A stretch of DNA of 62,934 nt, counting the filler, from Octopus bimaculoides (taxonomy: Eukaryota): the NCBI RefSeq assembly GCF_001194135.2. It is 8 parts of 7 records of this genome, joined end to end, with 100 filler letters (N's around TTAATTAATTAA, not from the genome) between each part and the next. Parts side by side here need not be neighbours in the genome. Positions count along the whole stretch, not along the records: positions 45,098 to 51,760 come from NC_069006.1; positions 51,861 to 57,737 come from NC_068982.1; positions 57,838 to 62,934 come from NC_068989.1; 5 more parts are not named here. The stretch is one strand, 5' to 3'. The notes under the pieces were generated by a model. The model saw nothing but the letters and a program-made list of their open reading frames with translations, made no database searches and had not been told where the DNA came from. Every line of letters starts with the position of its first letter. Position 1 is the stretch's first letter. The translations under genes were made by a program, and so were the position numbers. This document shows, piece after piece, positions 51,482-62,934 of the stretch.

Positions 51482-53035
51482 GGTGATGTAGGGGCTGAAA
51501 TGAAGAACTAAAGCAGTCAACCAATGAAAATGTCTGTTTTAAAGATTTTCTAGAATTTCTCTTTTTGAGACCGGTTCATTCATTATGTCCTCCGGTTACC
51601 AAATATCTTTAACGTCTTTTGGTTTGTTTAGGAAAATTCTAACAAAGAAACCTTTTCTCTTCTTGACTCAATTCCACTACGCCGTCACCACCAACATCAT
51701 CGGCATCACTACCACCACTAACACCACCTCCACCACCATCACCATCGGCACCACCACCACNNNNNNNNNNNNNNNNNNNNNNNNNNNNNNNNNNNNNNNN
51801 NNNNTTAATTAATTAANNNNNNNNNNNNNNNNNNNNNNNNNNNNNNNNNNNNNNNNNNNNATATATATATATATATATATACACATATATATTTATATGC
51901 ATTTATGTATGTATATATATATATGTATATATATGTATGTAGGTATGTATACACAAACAGTTATCAAAGAAATGAAAGATCGAAACGTATGAAGTGAAAG
52001 GGACGCACACACATAAACGCACACACGCATATATACGCACACACAAATTTATACATGTATGTAAATATATATGGTTGTCTGTACACATTGAAAGAAAGAG
52101 AGAGAGGGAGAGAGAATTGGAAAGAGAAAGAGAAAGAGAGAAAAGATGAGGGTGAGTTAATGATTTACTGATGATTGTGACTTTGGGACGAGAAATCTAT
52201 GTTTATAAATTTTTACACAAAAGTCTACACATGCAAATATGTATATATATGCAGGCCTATATATAAGTGTACATGTGTTTGTATGTATATATATATATGT
52301 AAATTTATATATATNNNNNNNNNNNNNNNNNNNNNNNNNNNNNNNNNNNNNNNNNNNNNNNNNNNNNNNNNNNNNNNNNNNNNNNNNNNNNNNNNNNNNN
52401 NNNNNNNNNNNNNNNNNNNNNNNNNNNNNNNNNNNNNNNNNNNNNNNNNNNNNNNNNNNNNNNNNNNNNNNNNNNNNNNNNNNNNNNNNNNNNNNNNNNN
52501 NNNNNNNNNNNNNNNNNNNNNNNNNNNNNNNNNNNNNNNNNNNNNNNNNNNNNNNNNNNNNNNNNNNNNNNNNNNNNNNNNNNNNNNNNNNNNNNNNNNN
52601 NNNNNNNNNNNNNNNNNNNNNNNNNNNNNNNNNNNNNNNNNNNNNNNNNNNNNNNNNNNNNNNNNNNNNNNNNNNNNNNNNNNNNNNNNNNNNNNNNNNN
52701 NNNNNNNNNNNNNNNNNNNNNNNNNNNNNNNNNNNNNNNNNNNNNNNNNNNNNNNNNNNNNNNNNNNNNNNNNNNNNNNNNNNNNNNNNNNNNNNNNNNN
52801 NNNNNNNNNNNNNNNNNNNNNNNNNNNNNNNNNNNNNNNNNNNNNNNNNNNNNNNNNNNNNNNNNNNNNNNNNNNNNNNNNNNNNNNNNNNNNNTATATA
52901 TATATATATATATATATATGTACATATATGTATATGTGTGAGTGTGTGTGTGTATACACACACATTCTTAACACAAACGCATGTATGTATATATACGTAC
53001 ACATACGCAGTGGTACGCAAGCACGTAAACAAATA

Positions 53036-53066
<31 letters not shown>

Positions 53067-53114
53067 CGAGAGACACACTCGCACACGCAGACATATTTTG
53101 GTATGCGGATATTC

Positions 53115-53167
<53 letters not shown>

Positions 53168-53168
53168 A

Positions 53169-53210
<42 letters not shown>

Positions 53211-53784
53211 ATATATATATATATATATATATTTATTATTTATGGATGTACCTTTGCGTCATGAATGCCCCAGTTTACGGTATTTCGCGCTTGCAGATAT
53301 TTGAAAGAAGGACCACTAATTTTGGGATAGGTTATAGACAGTAGCCCCAAATCAGCGTTAAGAAAAGCTTGGAGAGATTTTAACAGTTTTGAAACTAGAA
53401 TTTCTTTGCTGCCAAAAGGCGCTTCTCTGTATAGTTATTAAGTAAATTAATAACAAAGTATAGTTATTAATTCTAAGAATTATTAATATAATCACATAAC
53501 ATTTGATTGTGTGTGTGTGTATGTGTCTGCTTGTATTTTGTGTTTGTGTGTGTGTGCACGTCTCAATATTCGTCACTATTAACATTTACAGGGATTATTT
53601 GTGTGAGTGTTTCTGTGACATTTTTGTGTATAAGAAAATCTCTCTCTCTCTTTCTTACTCTCTCTCTATCCATCTCAGACTATCTAAAATTGTGTGTCTG
53701 TAAGACAATTAATCGATCAACCAATCAATCAATCTCTATCTATCTATCTATATATCTATCTATCTATATATCTATCTATCTATC

Positions 53785-53815
<31 letters not shown>

Positions 53816-53871
53816 CTATCTATTCATTTATCTACCTATCTATTTATCCATTTATCTGTCTGTCTGACTAT

Positions 53872-53921
<50 letters not shown>

Positions 53922-54225
53922 CTGCATGTATATGAATATATATATATATATAAAATCAACCAAAACTAATACGACCACTACTATCGGCTGTCCATCAATT
54001 CCATAATGACCCACAACAACAGTAATAATTTTATTAACAATATATGCAACTCCATCTAAAATACTATACAATCATGTGAAATAATGAGGTACCCTAGTGT
54101 ATTTTAAAAGTTAAATGAAATATCTTTGATCTTGGGTAATTGACGATTGACTTGAGACTAAAAAGTATAACACTACACATTAACAATATGATCACTGTCA
54201 CCACGAGCACCCCCACCACCAATGA

Positions 54226-54374
54226 TGGCGGGCTGATAGTGTCGGTGAATTGTTTGTATTGGATTTGATGTTAGCAATGGTGGCGGCATCGATGGTGGTG
54301 GACACCATCAATGCTGCCACCATTGCTAACATCAAATCCAATACAAACAATTCACCGACACTATCAACCCGCCA
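54226..54374. repeat. 72-bp near-perfect inverted repeat with 5-nt loop
   Basis: 54226-54297 pairs with 54303-54374, with only three transition differences. Confidence 0.97.
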
Positions 54375-56223
54375 ACTGTTGGATAACTAACTGGTAACAA
54401 CGATAATAGTATTAACATGATTGCAATGTCTGTGACTACCTGTGTTGTATTGCAACGCAATGGAACGGATGCCTGTTTGCGAGTTTATATGTGCATGTGT
54501 GTGTGTGTGTGTATGTGTGTCTGTGCGTGTGAGGAAAGAGCGAAAGAGGAAGAGAAAGAGAGAGAGGGAGAGTGAAAATGAAAGAGGAAAAGTGTAAATT
54601 GTAGAGATGTAATGGGTGAAGCCTTATGTGCAAAGCTGATGTTCTCGTAAACTTGGTAACCCTTCAAGTCAGCACTTCCTGTCCCGTAACTCCTCCAGTC
54701 TTACGTTTTTTTCATTTATATCCTTTCATCCACTGGAATAAAACAATGTTTTCGTCTCGTAAAATAGTTCTTTCAATGTACCATTTTCTAATACATATTT
54801 ATTGTGAATGATTGTTGGCTGTTGGATTTACTTACTGTTGCTACTATGTTGGATTTGCTTCCTCTTTACTTACTATGTTTGGAACGTAACTGTCATGTGA
54901 AACTGGTTGCAATATTGCGAAATGGAACCGTAGACGTAACACAGTTGATATTAAACTTGATGTTTTAAAAAGGCTTGATGCGACGAAAATATTTTGACAA
55001 ATTAAATTCAAATGTTGAAGTGAATCTAACGGATTTTGTGTGTTATTTTAAATGGCTTATAAACACCTTCCACGCTGCAATTGTTTTCGTTCCAGCACAC
55101 GATCTCAGATCAGGTCACTTGCTATGCAAGTGCATCTCCGTAATATATATATATATATATATATATATATGCTCACAGATGCATGTATATATACATATAT
55201 CAATATGTAGATACGCCTGTCTGCATGAGTACATGTAGTACTGTGTGGGTGTATATGTATGCGTATATATACGTATGTACCTTCACAAGTACCTAGTGTT
55301 CCGTTGAAGCTGAAATATTTCACACATCGTTACTCTCAATTTCATGTAGGGTAACAGATTATGAGACAGAAATGATGTTTTCGGACTGTACAGTGGTCTT
55401 AAATGCAGTGATGATGACTTAGGAAATAATAAAACACACATTGAAAACTGACAGGAAAGGGTATTAAGTTACCTCAAAATTAATGGAACCTGTTTGTCTG
55501 TATCACTGACCTTTGACACAAAAGCGATTTAAAAATAAAGAGCTAATGAAATAAAATTGAATGAAACGAAGTGCTATGCATTGGTGTATGGAAATAGATA
55601 TTAAATATGCTGCGAAGGAATAATTCAGAGCATGAACTCTTTTAGAATGTATGAAAACTAGACAAAGCAAGTTGACAATACAAAACAACAACAAAAAAAA
55701 AAACAAAATAAAAAAATAATTAATAAAATTTAAATAATAAAAACAAGGAAAATTAGTGTCCAAATATAACTAAATATATGAATATACTTTGGAGAAAAGG
55801 GGAAGAGTACGTCAGGAAAAGCAGATGATAAAAGGCAAGAGAGGTGGAATAGTTTTGTTAAGCGAGGTATAAAGCTTTGATGCATGCGTGGATAAGCATA
55901 ACAGAAAGGATATCTTTTAGGTAGAAGATTGGGAATAGCGAGGAAAAGGGAAAAATAAAAAAAAAACATGTATTAGATTGAGAAAGTTAAATATCGACAG
56001 ATCTGGTGTGATGGGGAAGAATAAAAACAATAGTTGTATGTTATTTGACCATGTGTCTAAAAGTCCGAAAGAACACACTGATACGAAAATATGGTTGAAA
56101 TCAACATTAGACATATATCAATAAATGATATATAAAATGGCAAAGCACGCAGAAATTAAGGAATTTAAGCAATTTAAATTGAGATTATTAATTTAGAAAC
56201 TTAAACTGTCTTTGGAAATTACA

Positions 56224-56267
<44 letters not shown>

Positions 56268-56277
56268 NNNNNNNNNN

Positions 56278-56318
<41 letters not shown>

Positions 56319-56714
56319 ATACTGTTCCGTGATGGTAAGATCAACAAAAAAGTACTCCAGTTGGTGAGAAATAAACATTATTTAATAAACATGAAATATG
56401 TTTTATGCGCCACTATTAGTTTCATGTGTTGAGAACATGCCAAACAGTGTTTTATAGCACGTCTGGTGTCCCAGAACAATAATGAGACACTGCTTGCATG
56501 GCCTAACCAACAAGAAACAGGACGAGAGTAAAGGCAAGAAGGAAGTATATATAAAACGTGAAAGGTGGAAAAACCGGAAAATGAAAAAGAAATCAGAAAG
56601 AAGCGAATGGGGTAATAAGAGGTGTTTCCCGGTGAACGTAATTTATAAGGTTGAAAAGATGGCGGCTAAGAGCCAGTTATTCAATTCGATGAAGGAGACA
56701 CTTTCCAATTTTCA

Positions 56715-57100
56715 GGAGGAACTTAACCATATGCTTATAACCGCTGAAAAATTAGGATCTAGATTTTAGTAGTGAATTAGAGTTCTTAAATCGGAAAAAG
56801 GATCTGAGTTCTTTCAAATGCGCATAGCTTACAATCTTTTCACACGTTAACATAGGGTGTAGATTTTTCAACTATTTTCCACTTTATCGTAGGTGGTATG
56901 GTGTTCGATTTCAAACCCCATACGTGGCTAACCTACTTAGTAGCTTTACTTTGTCCCTGTGATAGAAGAAAGATTTGTGATCAGTATAGTGATTTTCGAA
57001 TTCTCCTGTACATAGTCCGATATAACCGTTCTTATCGGTTTTGTTATTATCTAGCGTTACTGTAACTTCTGCATCATATATGACAGATTTAATCATGCAT
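56715..57100 (-). mobile_element. Penelope-like element GIY-YIG endonuclease and ORF C-terminus, decayed
   Basis: SVIYDAEV...GYIGLCTGEFENHYTDHKSFF...DCKLCAFER...SLLKSRS...KHMVKFLL matches the PLE pattern VIY..YIG.T..F..R..H...C.LC..E...LNKRSEL..CRH. Confidence 0.8.
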
Positions 57101-57364
57101 CGCTAGTCGAGTGGACAAGTTCCTGGGTCCCGACAGTTACAACTGAAAGTGGGCTCTTGGTGTTGGTCTCGTGTAATGATACTCTTCATTATTGGGGTAA
57201 CAGCTATATGACAATTTCACTGAGTGCCTTTTAAATATTTTCCTGTACCTGTGATTTTCTGGAAAATATTTGTCTAGGTGAGACAGGAATGTTTTACCTA
57301 TGTTAGTTTTTATGCTAAGGGAATAGGGAGGGCGTGAACCAAATTATTTTCCTAGGTTTATTTA

Positions 57365-57369
57365 TAATA

Positions 57370-57409
<40 letters not shown>

Positions 57410-57737
57410 TAGTTTTATTTTTATAACGTGCTTTCACTTCACTACCGAGCGCAGCTCTGTGCGCCTTGGGTATGTGCTGTGGTTTGCTGTGGTGCTCTTA
57501 TGTTTACTGTATTGAAAGTGTTTTGCGTAGAATGTGTACAGTACCCAGTAGTGCAATTTTCTGTATGTTATATATATTTGTAAGTCCTGGTGTTTTTGTT
57601 ATGTATTTGTCTGAATATTTATTTATTATACCTAAGGCACCTACTATGATAGGAATTGTTTCTGTTTTTAGATTCCACATTCGAGTTATCTCTATTTCCA
57701 GGTCTTTGTATTTTGAAAGTTTTTCCATTTCTTTTAG
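57365..57737 (-). mobile_element. R4/Dong-type LINE 3' end, same subfamily as 8100-8646
   Basis: MEKLSKYKDLEIEITRMWNLKTETIPIIVGALG...LRKTLSIQ*, with a 3' UTR nearly identical to 8526-8620 and a (TAA)n tail. Confidence 0.9.
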
Positions 57738-57875
57738 NNNNNNNNNNNNNNNNNNNNNNNNNNNNNNNNNNNNNNNNNNNNTTAATTAATTAANNNNNNN
57801 NNNNNNNNNNNNNNNNNNNNNNNNNNNNNNNNNNNNNATACACACATATATATATACGTATATATATGTGCGTAT

Positions 57876-57980
<105 letters not shown>

Positions 57981-58505
57981 GCGCAGGCGTGACTGTGTAG
58001 TAAGAAGCTTACTTCACAGTCACATGGTTCCAGGTTCAGTCCCTCTGCGTGTCACCTTGGGCAAGTGTTTTGTACTATAACTTCAGGTTGGCCAAAACGT
58101 TATGAGTGTATTTGTAAGGTGTGTGTGTCTTTATGTGTGTGTGTCCCAACTCCACTTGACAACTGATGTTCGTGTTTTTACGTTCCCGTAACTTAGCGGT
58201 TCAGCAAAAGAGCCCAATACAATAAGTACCAAGTTTTAAAATGAGTACTGGAGTCAAATCATTCGTCTTATAATTCTTGAAGGCAATGCCCCAGCATGAC
58301 CGCGGTCTTATAACTGAAACAAATAAAAGATGGTATAATAAAACTTACATACATACGTATTTATATATTGATGTGAGGTTTAGAAGTTCTCTTCGTAAAC
58401 ACTCTGTTTCATGGTTAATTCCAGCTATCTCCACTAATAGGCTTGATGCGGCCAATACTTTGGGAGCGGAATTTCGCAAATGGAAACTGTGTGGAAGCTG
58501 TTGTT

Positions 58506-58558
<53 letters not shown>

Positions 58559-58781
58559 GTATACACACACAATCACACAACACATATACACGTCTGTATA
58601 TATACACAGACAGACAGACAGAGACATAATAAAAAGAACATATATCAGAAAGAAGCTCACTCTAAAGAATAGAGTAGTAATTATTACAACAAAATTTTAT
58701 ACCACTCCATGGTAGTGGTTAAGAGCGTGGGCTACTAACACCAAGATTCCGAATTCGATTCCAGGCAGTGTCTGAATAATG

Positions 58782-58848
<67 letters not shown>

Positions 58849-58860
58849 CAACAACTTTAT

Positions 58861-59285
58861 AGGCGCAGGAGTGGCTATGTGGTAAGTAGCTTGCTTACGA
58901 ACTACATGGTTCCGGGTTCAGTCCCACTGCGTGGCACCTTGGGCAAGTGCCTTCTACTATAGCCTCGGGCCGACCAAAGCTTTGTGAGTGGATTTGGTAG
59001 ACGGAAACTGAAAGAAGCCCGTTGTATATGTGTATATATACATATATATGTATGTGTGTGTATGTCTGTGTGTCTGTGTTTGTCCCACCACCACCATCGC
59101 TTGACAACCGATGCTGGTGTGTTTACGTTCCCGTAAATTAGCGGTTCGGAAAAATTGACCGATAGAAAAACTACTAGGCTTACAAAGAATAAGTCCTGGG
59201 GTCGATTTGCTCGGCTAAAGGCGGTGCTCCAGCATGGCCGCAGTCGGATGGCTGAAACAAGTTAAAGAGTAAAAGAGTAAAAGAG
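58861..59285 (+). mobile_element. Full-length tRNA-derived SINE (head gtggctgtgtggtaagtagcttgc, CORE-like ccttgggcaagt), tail (aaagagt)n
   Basis: A and B boxes, internal (TG)n. Other copies at 34230-34610 (-), 36930-37250 (+), 38215-38470, 42478-42850, 46180-46330 (-), 57979-58330 (+). Confidence 0.85.
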
Positions 59286-59572
59286 ATATAACATACAGAG
59301 TACATATTTAATGCCAAAAAACCCTTGAAGACTATGATTGTGAATAAAATAGAAATTTAAATTTTTAAATGTATTCTTTCTGTGCAGTCCCGTATCAAAC
59401 GCTTCATGGTTCGAGCCGACCTGCAACCGGTGGTTGTGGGCTTCTGTTTTAGAAGGCACTTTATATAATGTGCTCCTTGATGCTCTGAGAAGATAGCCTC
59501 GGTAAGAACGTCCTCGATTATAGAGCTGCTCGATCTGGATAGGTGTAAGTCTAATCAACAACAACAACGATG

Positions 59573-59618
<46 letters not shown>

Positions 59619-59949
59619 CCTTGTCATGGTGGTAGATATGGGAAGCTACCCTGCTTTATAAATTACTCTCAACCATTATTAACGTAAATTTCCAGAAGTG
59701 CTTTGTCATGCATTGCTGAGGATGGCCACTACTTGATAACGGAAGGTTTGTCTGGTACTTATTGACCTTACATGATAAACACATGGCAGTACTCTTCTCT
59801 GACAGACCACACACATACACACAGGCGCACATAAACATGCACACACGTATTAGTATAGTCACGTACACAAACGCGAGTGCGCGTGAGGATAGGCATTTGC
59901 ACTAGACAAACCTATAAACACATCGCCATGTGTAACCAGCATAGAAAAT

Positions 59950-60500
59950 AAAGAGAAGAAGAGTAATGGAAGTGAGTCTGCAGGAAGGAAGTAGACTAGA
60001 ATGGCATGTATGGTGAAAGTCAACACGAAAGGAAGAGGTTGTGGTGTACATTCCTACCTACCTGACAAAGAGGTGGTGCAGACTAATTTCCTTGTACTTG
60101 TTGCTCTCAATTAAACCGTAGTGTTGTTGTAATGCGACGCATTGCGATGGGGTCAGAGCAATGTTCAAATGGTTAAACTACGGCTCTGAAGAGTTCCTGG
60201 GCGTTGTTACTGGAATGTCTTCTGGGCTGGTAGGGATTCATTCATGTCAATGAGTAACGAACCACTAGAACTGCTATCCAGGTAATATCGTCTGTAGATG
60301 GAGGGATACCACAGTGAATGTCGCATATCAATGCCCGAGTCCTGCTGTAACACGGGGAATCTCACGGCAGAGACTCCTCCCTACGTATTCCAGGAGACCA
60401 CTATTTATATCCTTCCTTAGTTCCTGTCAACAATGTCCGGCAAGGGAGATAACTTGCTATCGATAAAACCCGCGCCCGTCTCAGAATACCACAGTTACAG
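59950..60500 (-). mobile_element. Highly decayed LINE 3' remnant (tentative)
   Basis: YPSIYRRYYLDSSSSGSLL resembles the post-RT SL.IFYRYY.G.CS.EL motif; many stops. Confidence 0.3.
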
Positions 60501-60950
60501 GCATTAAGATGTTTATGGAAGAAGTCACTCAATCGGTGACCTGTTTCTTACCCATGTGCAATTTCGGAACTTGCATGATGTTCAATATATTGGATGAAAG
60601 GCAAAGTCGACCTCGGCGGAATTTGAACTCAGAACGGAGCGGCAGACGAATTTTTCAGAACAAAATTTGTTGACAAAAAATGTAGGTCGACTTATACACC
60701 TAGATGACATTGGAGGAATGAAATTCCTTGTGAAGTGCAACAGGATTTGAAAGGATAGCGACGATGTTTTAAATGTTTATACTATATACTACTTCGACTT
60801 GCATACCGTAAAATACGCTACATTATTTTACTTCTCCCACTTTACCTACACCACTAATTCTAATCCTCTTACCGCCCCCCCCCCACAATACTACGTCACT
60901 TCATTTGCTAGATTTTGGTGAAAGCAACAACATTCCATTTTTCTCTCTCA

Positions 60951-61014
<64 letters not shown>

Positions 61015-61339
61015 ATCTCTCTATCTATCTATCTAACTATCTATTTATCTGTCTCTCAATCTATCTCTCTTACTTTCTCTCTTTCTAACATTATGACAAA
61101 GGACAAAATCCCAAAACGTTACATTCTTCTCCCACTGCCACAAACCAATAAATCAAACTCTTCTACGAACTCTCCTAAAGGATTAACATTTTGGATAATG
61201 AGGAGTTAAAGATAAAAACGAAATGCTTGAAATTTATGTAACTTTGTAACCATTCATGTAGTTTGCTTCACAAAGCCTAGAATTGATTTATTTCAATTAC
61301 ATTCCATATGCTACGTTCACTGTTATTCAAGTTTATCTG

Positions 61340-61417
<78 letters not shown>

Positions 61418-61456
61418 AATCTATCTATCTATCTATTAGTTTGCCTGTCTGTCTGA

Positions 61457-61509
<53 letters not shown>

Positions 61510-62116
61510 GAAACAGATACGTTATTTAGACAACCGTGAAATAACTTCAATGGAAATTGTATGATATGGCTCGACTCAAACCTAGTATGGACTGTGGATT
61601 CAAGTCAAGACGGAGGAAATTTTCCCTGATACTAAAATAAGGATTGTAATAGAATACATTAAAGTTTGTTAAAGCAACACTAACGTAAACGTGCAGTTGC
61701 AGAATAATAAATATTACGTTCAGATTGTCTTCGATTTCAGAAAACTCTCAGGGTAGACGAGATGACACGTGTATAAAAAGGGCTACACCTCTCAGAGATG
61801 TCCCCTAAGACTACACATTCAATACTACTTATGTGGACTTTTGTACCATCGAGAGAATCAAATGCTTATTCGTCTCACGGATGCGCTGACATGCCTATAG
61901 GGAGCACGTACGTATATTTATATCTGTATGGATATCAGTGTATATATGTACACGTAATAGTATTAATATAGCAAGCGACGTGATAGTCACAGTTGGGTAA
62001 TCTGTTGCTAAAGGATCAAACCTAATATGGAGCTGTATAACAAAAATAAAAATTCTAAGGAAGCTGAGATCATTCGAAGTTTATAGAGAATCGTGAAATG
62101 AATAAACATTTGACTC

Positions 62117-62174
<58 letters not shown>

Positions 62175-62584
62175 TTTACTGTCTTGTTCTCACTGTCTTG
62201 TTCTTGTTAACACTTTCACCCTCCGCAAAAAATCCCAAATTTTACTTAATTTGCCTTGCGAGAAGGACTGTTCCAACGAAGTCGCGTATTGTCCTTGCCT
62301 TCGAAACGCTGAGTAGATGGAACAGGGACAACGGACGAAGGGATATACTCTTTATGTTGCATGTCTCGTTTCTCTGTTTTTCTTTTTCGTTGTTCGAAAA
62401 AAGTTCGTTTTCGGTTTTCGTTTTTATATTTTCGTTTCTCATTGTGCTTAACGTTTTTTTTTTTTTGATGTTCTGTACCCATATATGCATGTATGCATAC
62501 ATATAGATGTAGGTATGTACATATATATATATATATGGATATATCCAAATATTTATATATTATTTATATCATTAGATAGATACA

Positions 62585-62934
62585 TTTCTTTTATTAGCCA
62601 CACAGGGCTCAACAAAGATAGGACAAATACAATGTAGAGCTTTTCTTTTTGGGAGAGGGAAGGAAAAAAATAGGGGTGTGTCGATCAAAAGGGATCGTAG
62701 TAAGGGAAAAAGGGGGGAGTTCGATCAAAAGGGGTCGAGAAAAAAAAAGCCTACGGAAAAGACCACGGTAACCTTGGTCAATATTGTCATTGAAGAACCT
62801 ATAACAGTAAGTGACTCTCTTTTGCCTTTTTGTTTTATTTTTTTTTCCTGGATTTTTTTCTAGTTCATAGGGTTATGCTCAAGATGGCTCCGTCGTTCAC
62901 ACGTGCCATCCTTGCTACATTCACCCATCTTTTT
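62585..62934 (-). mobile_element. Tx1/L1-like LINE 3' end
   Basis: KRWVNVARMARVNDGAILSITL* is homologous to RWMNVTRMA at about 27130; ends ggctaataaaagaaa. Confidence 0.75.

Noticed and set aside
62262-62330. Hammerhead-like ttccaacgaag...cgaaacgctgagta
   Set aside because: Core is CCAACGA rather than CUGANGA and stem II does not pair in register. Possibly a dead PLE motif, but not supportable.

Overview
Repeat-rich, AT-rich, intron-containing animal DNA. The microsatellite load and SINE families match what I recall of Octopus genomes (inference). The window is a draft-assembly composite: seven identical 100-bp spacers (44 N + TTAATTAATTAA + 44 N) join eight segments, and many 10-N gaps have duplicated flanks, so neighbouring segments may not be neighbours in the genome. 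Nearly all ORFs in the supplied track are microsatellite or N translations. Host genes read from splice sites and phases, all on the minus strand: (1) three consecutive exons of a classical protein-tyrosine-phosphatase domain (21379-21501, 20144-20301, 17802-17937) with an intact HCSAGVGRTG motif but WPD replaced by WTG; (2) an EGF-like exon, a transmembrane exon and a probable short basic tail exon (16147-16226, 13725-13806, 12988-13015); (3) two exons of a GH18 chitinase with an intact DxxDxDxE motif (38760-38922, 33681-33774). Mobile DNA: a full-length decayed mariner with TIRs and TA TSDs, a palindromic Tc1 derivative, four Tx1/L1-like LINE pieces, R4/Dong-type LINE ends in (TAA)n, Penelope RT and GIY-YIG fragments, and many tRNA-derived SINEs. 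The most interesting signals are several minimal hammerhead-ribozyme motifs of Penelope type (one in the loop of an 89-bp inverted repeat), long near-perfect hairpins, and the atypical PTP. The hammerhead class itself is known; I cannot tell from sequence alone whether these families are described. No CRISPR array, rRNA or true tRNA gene is supported.
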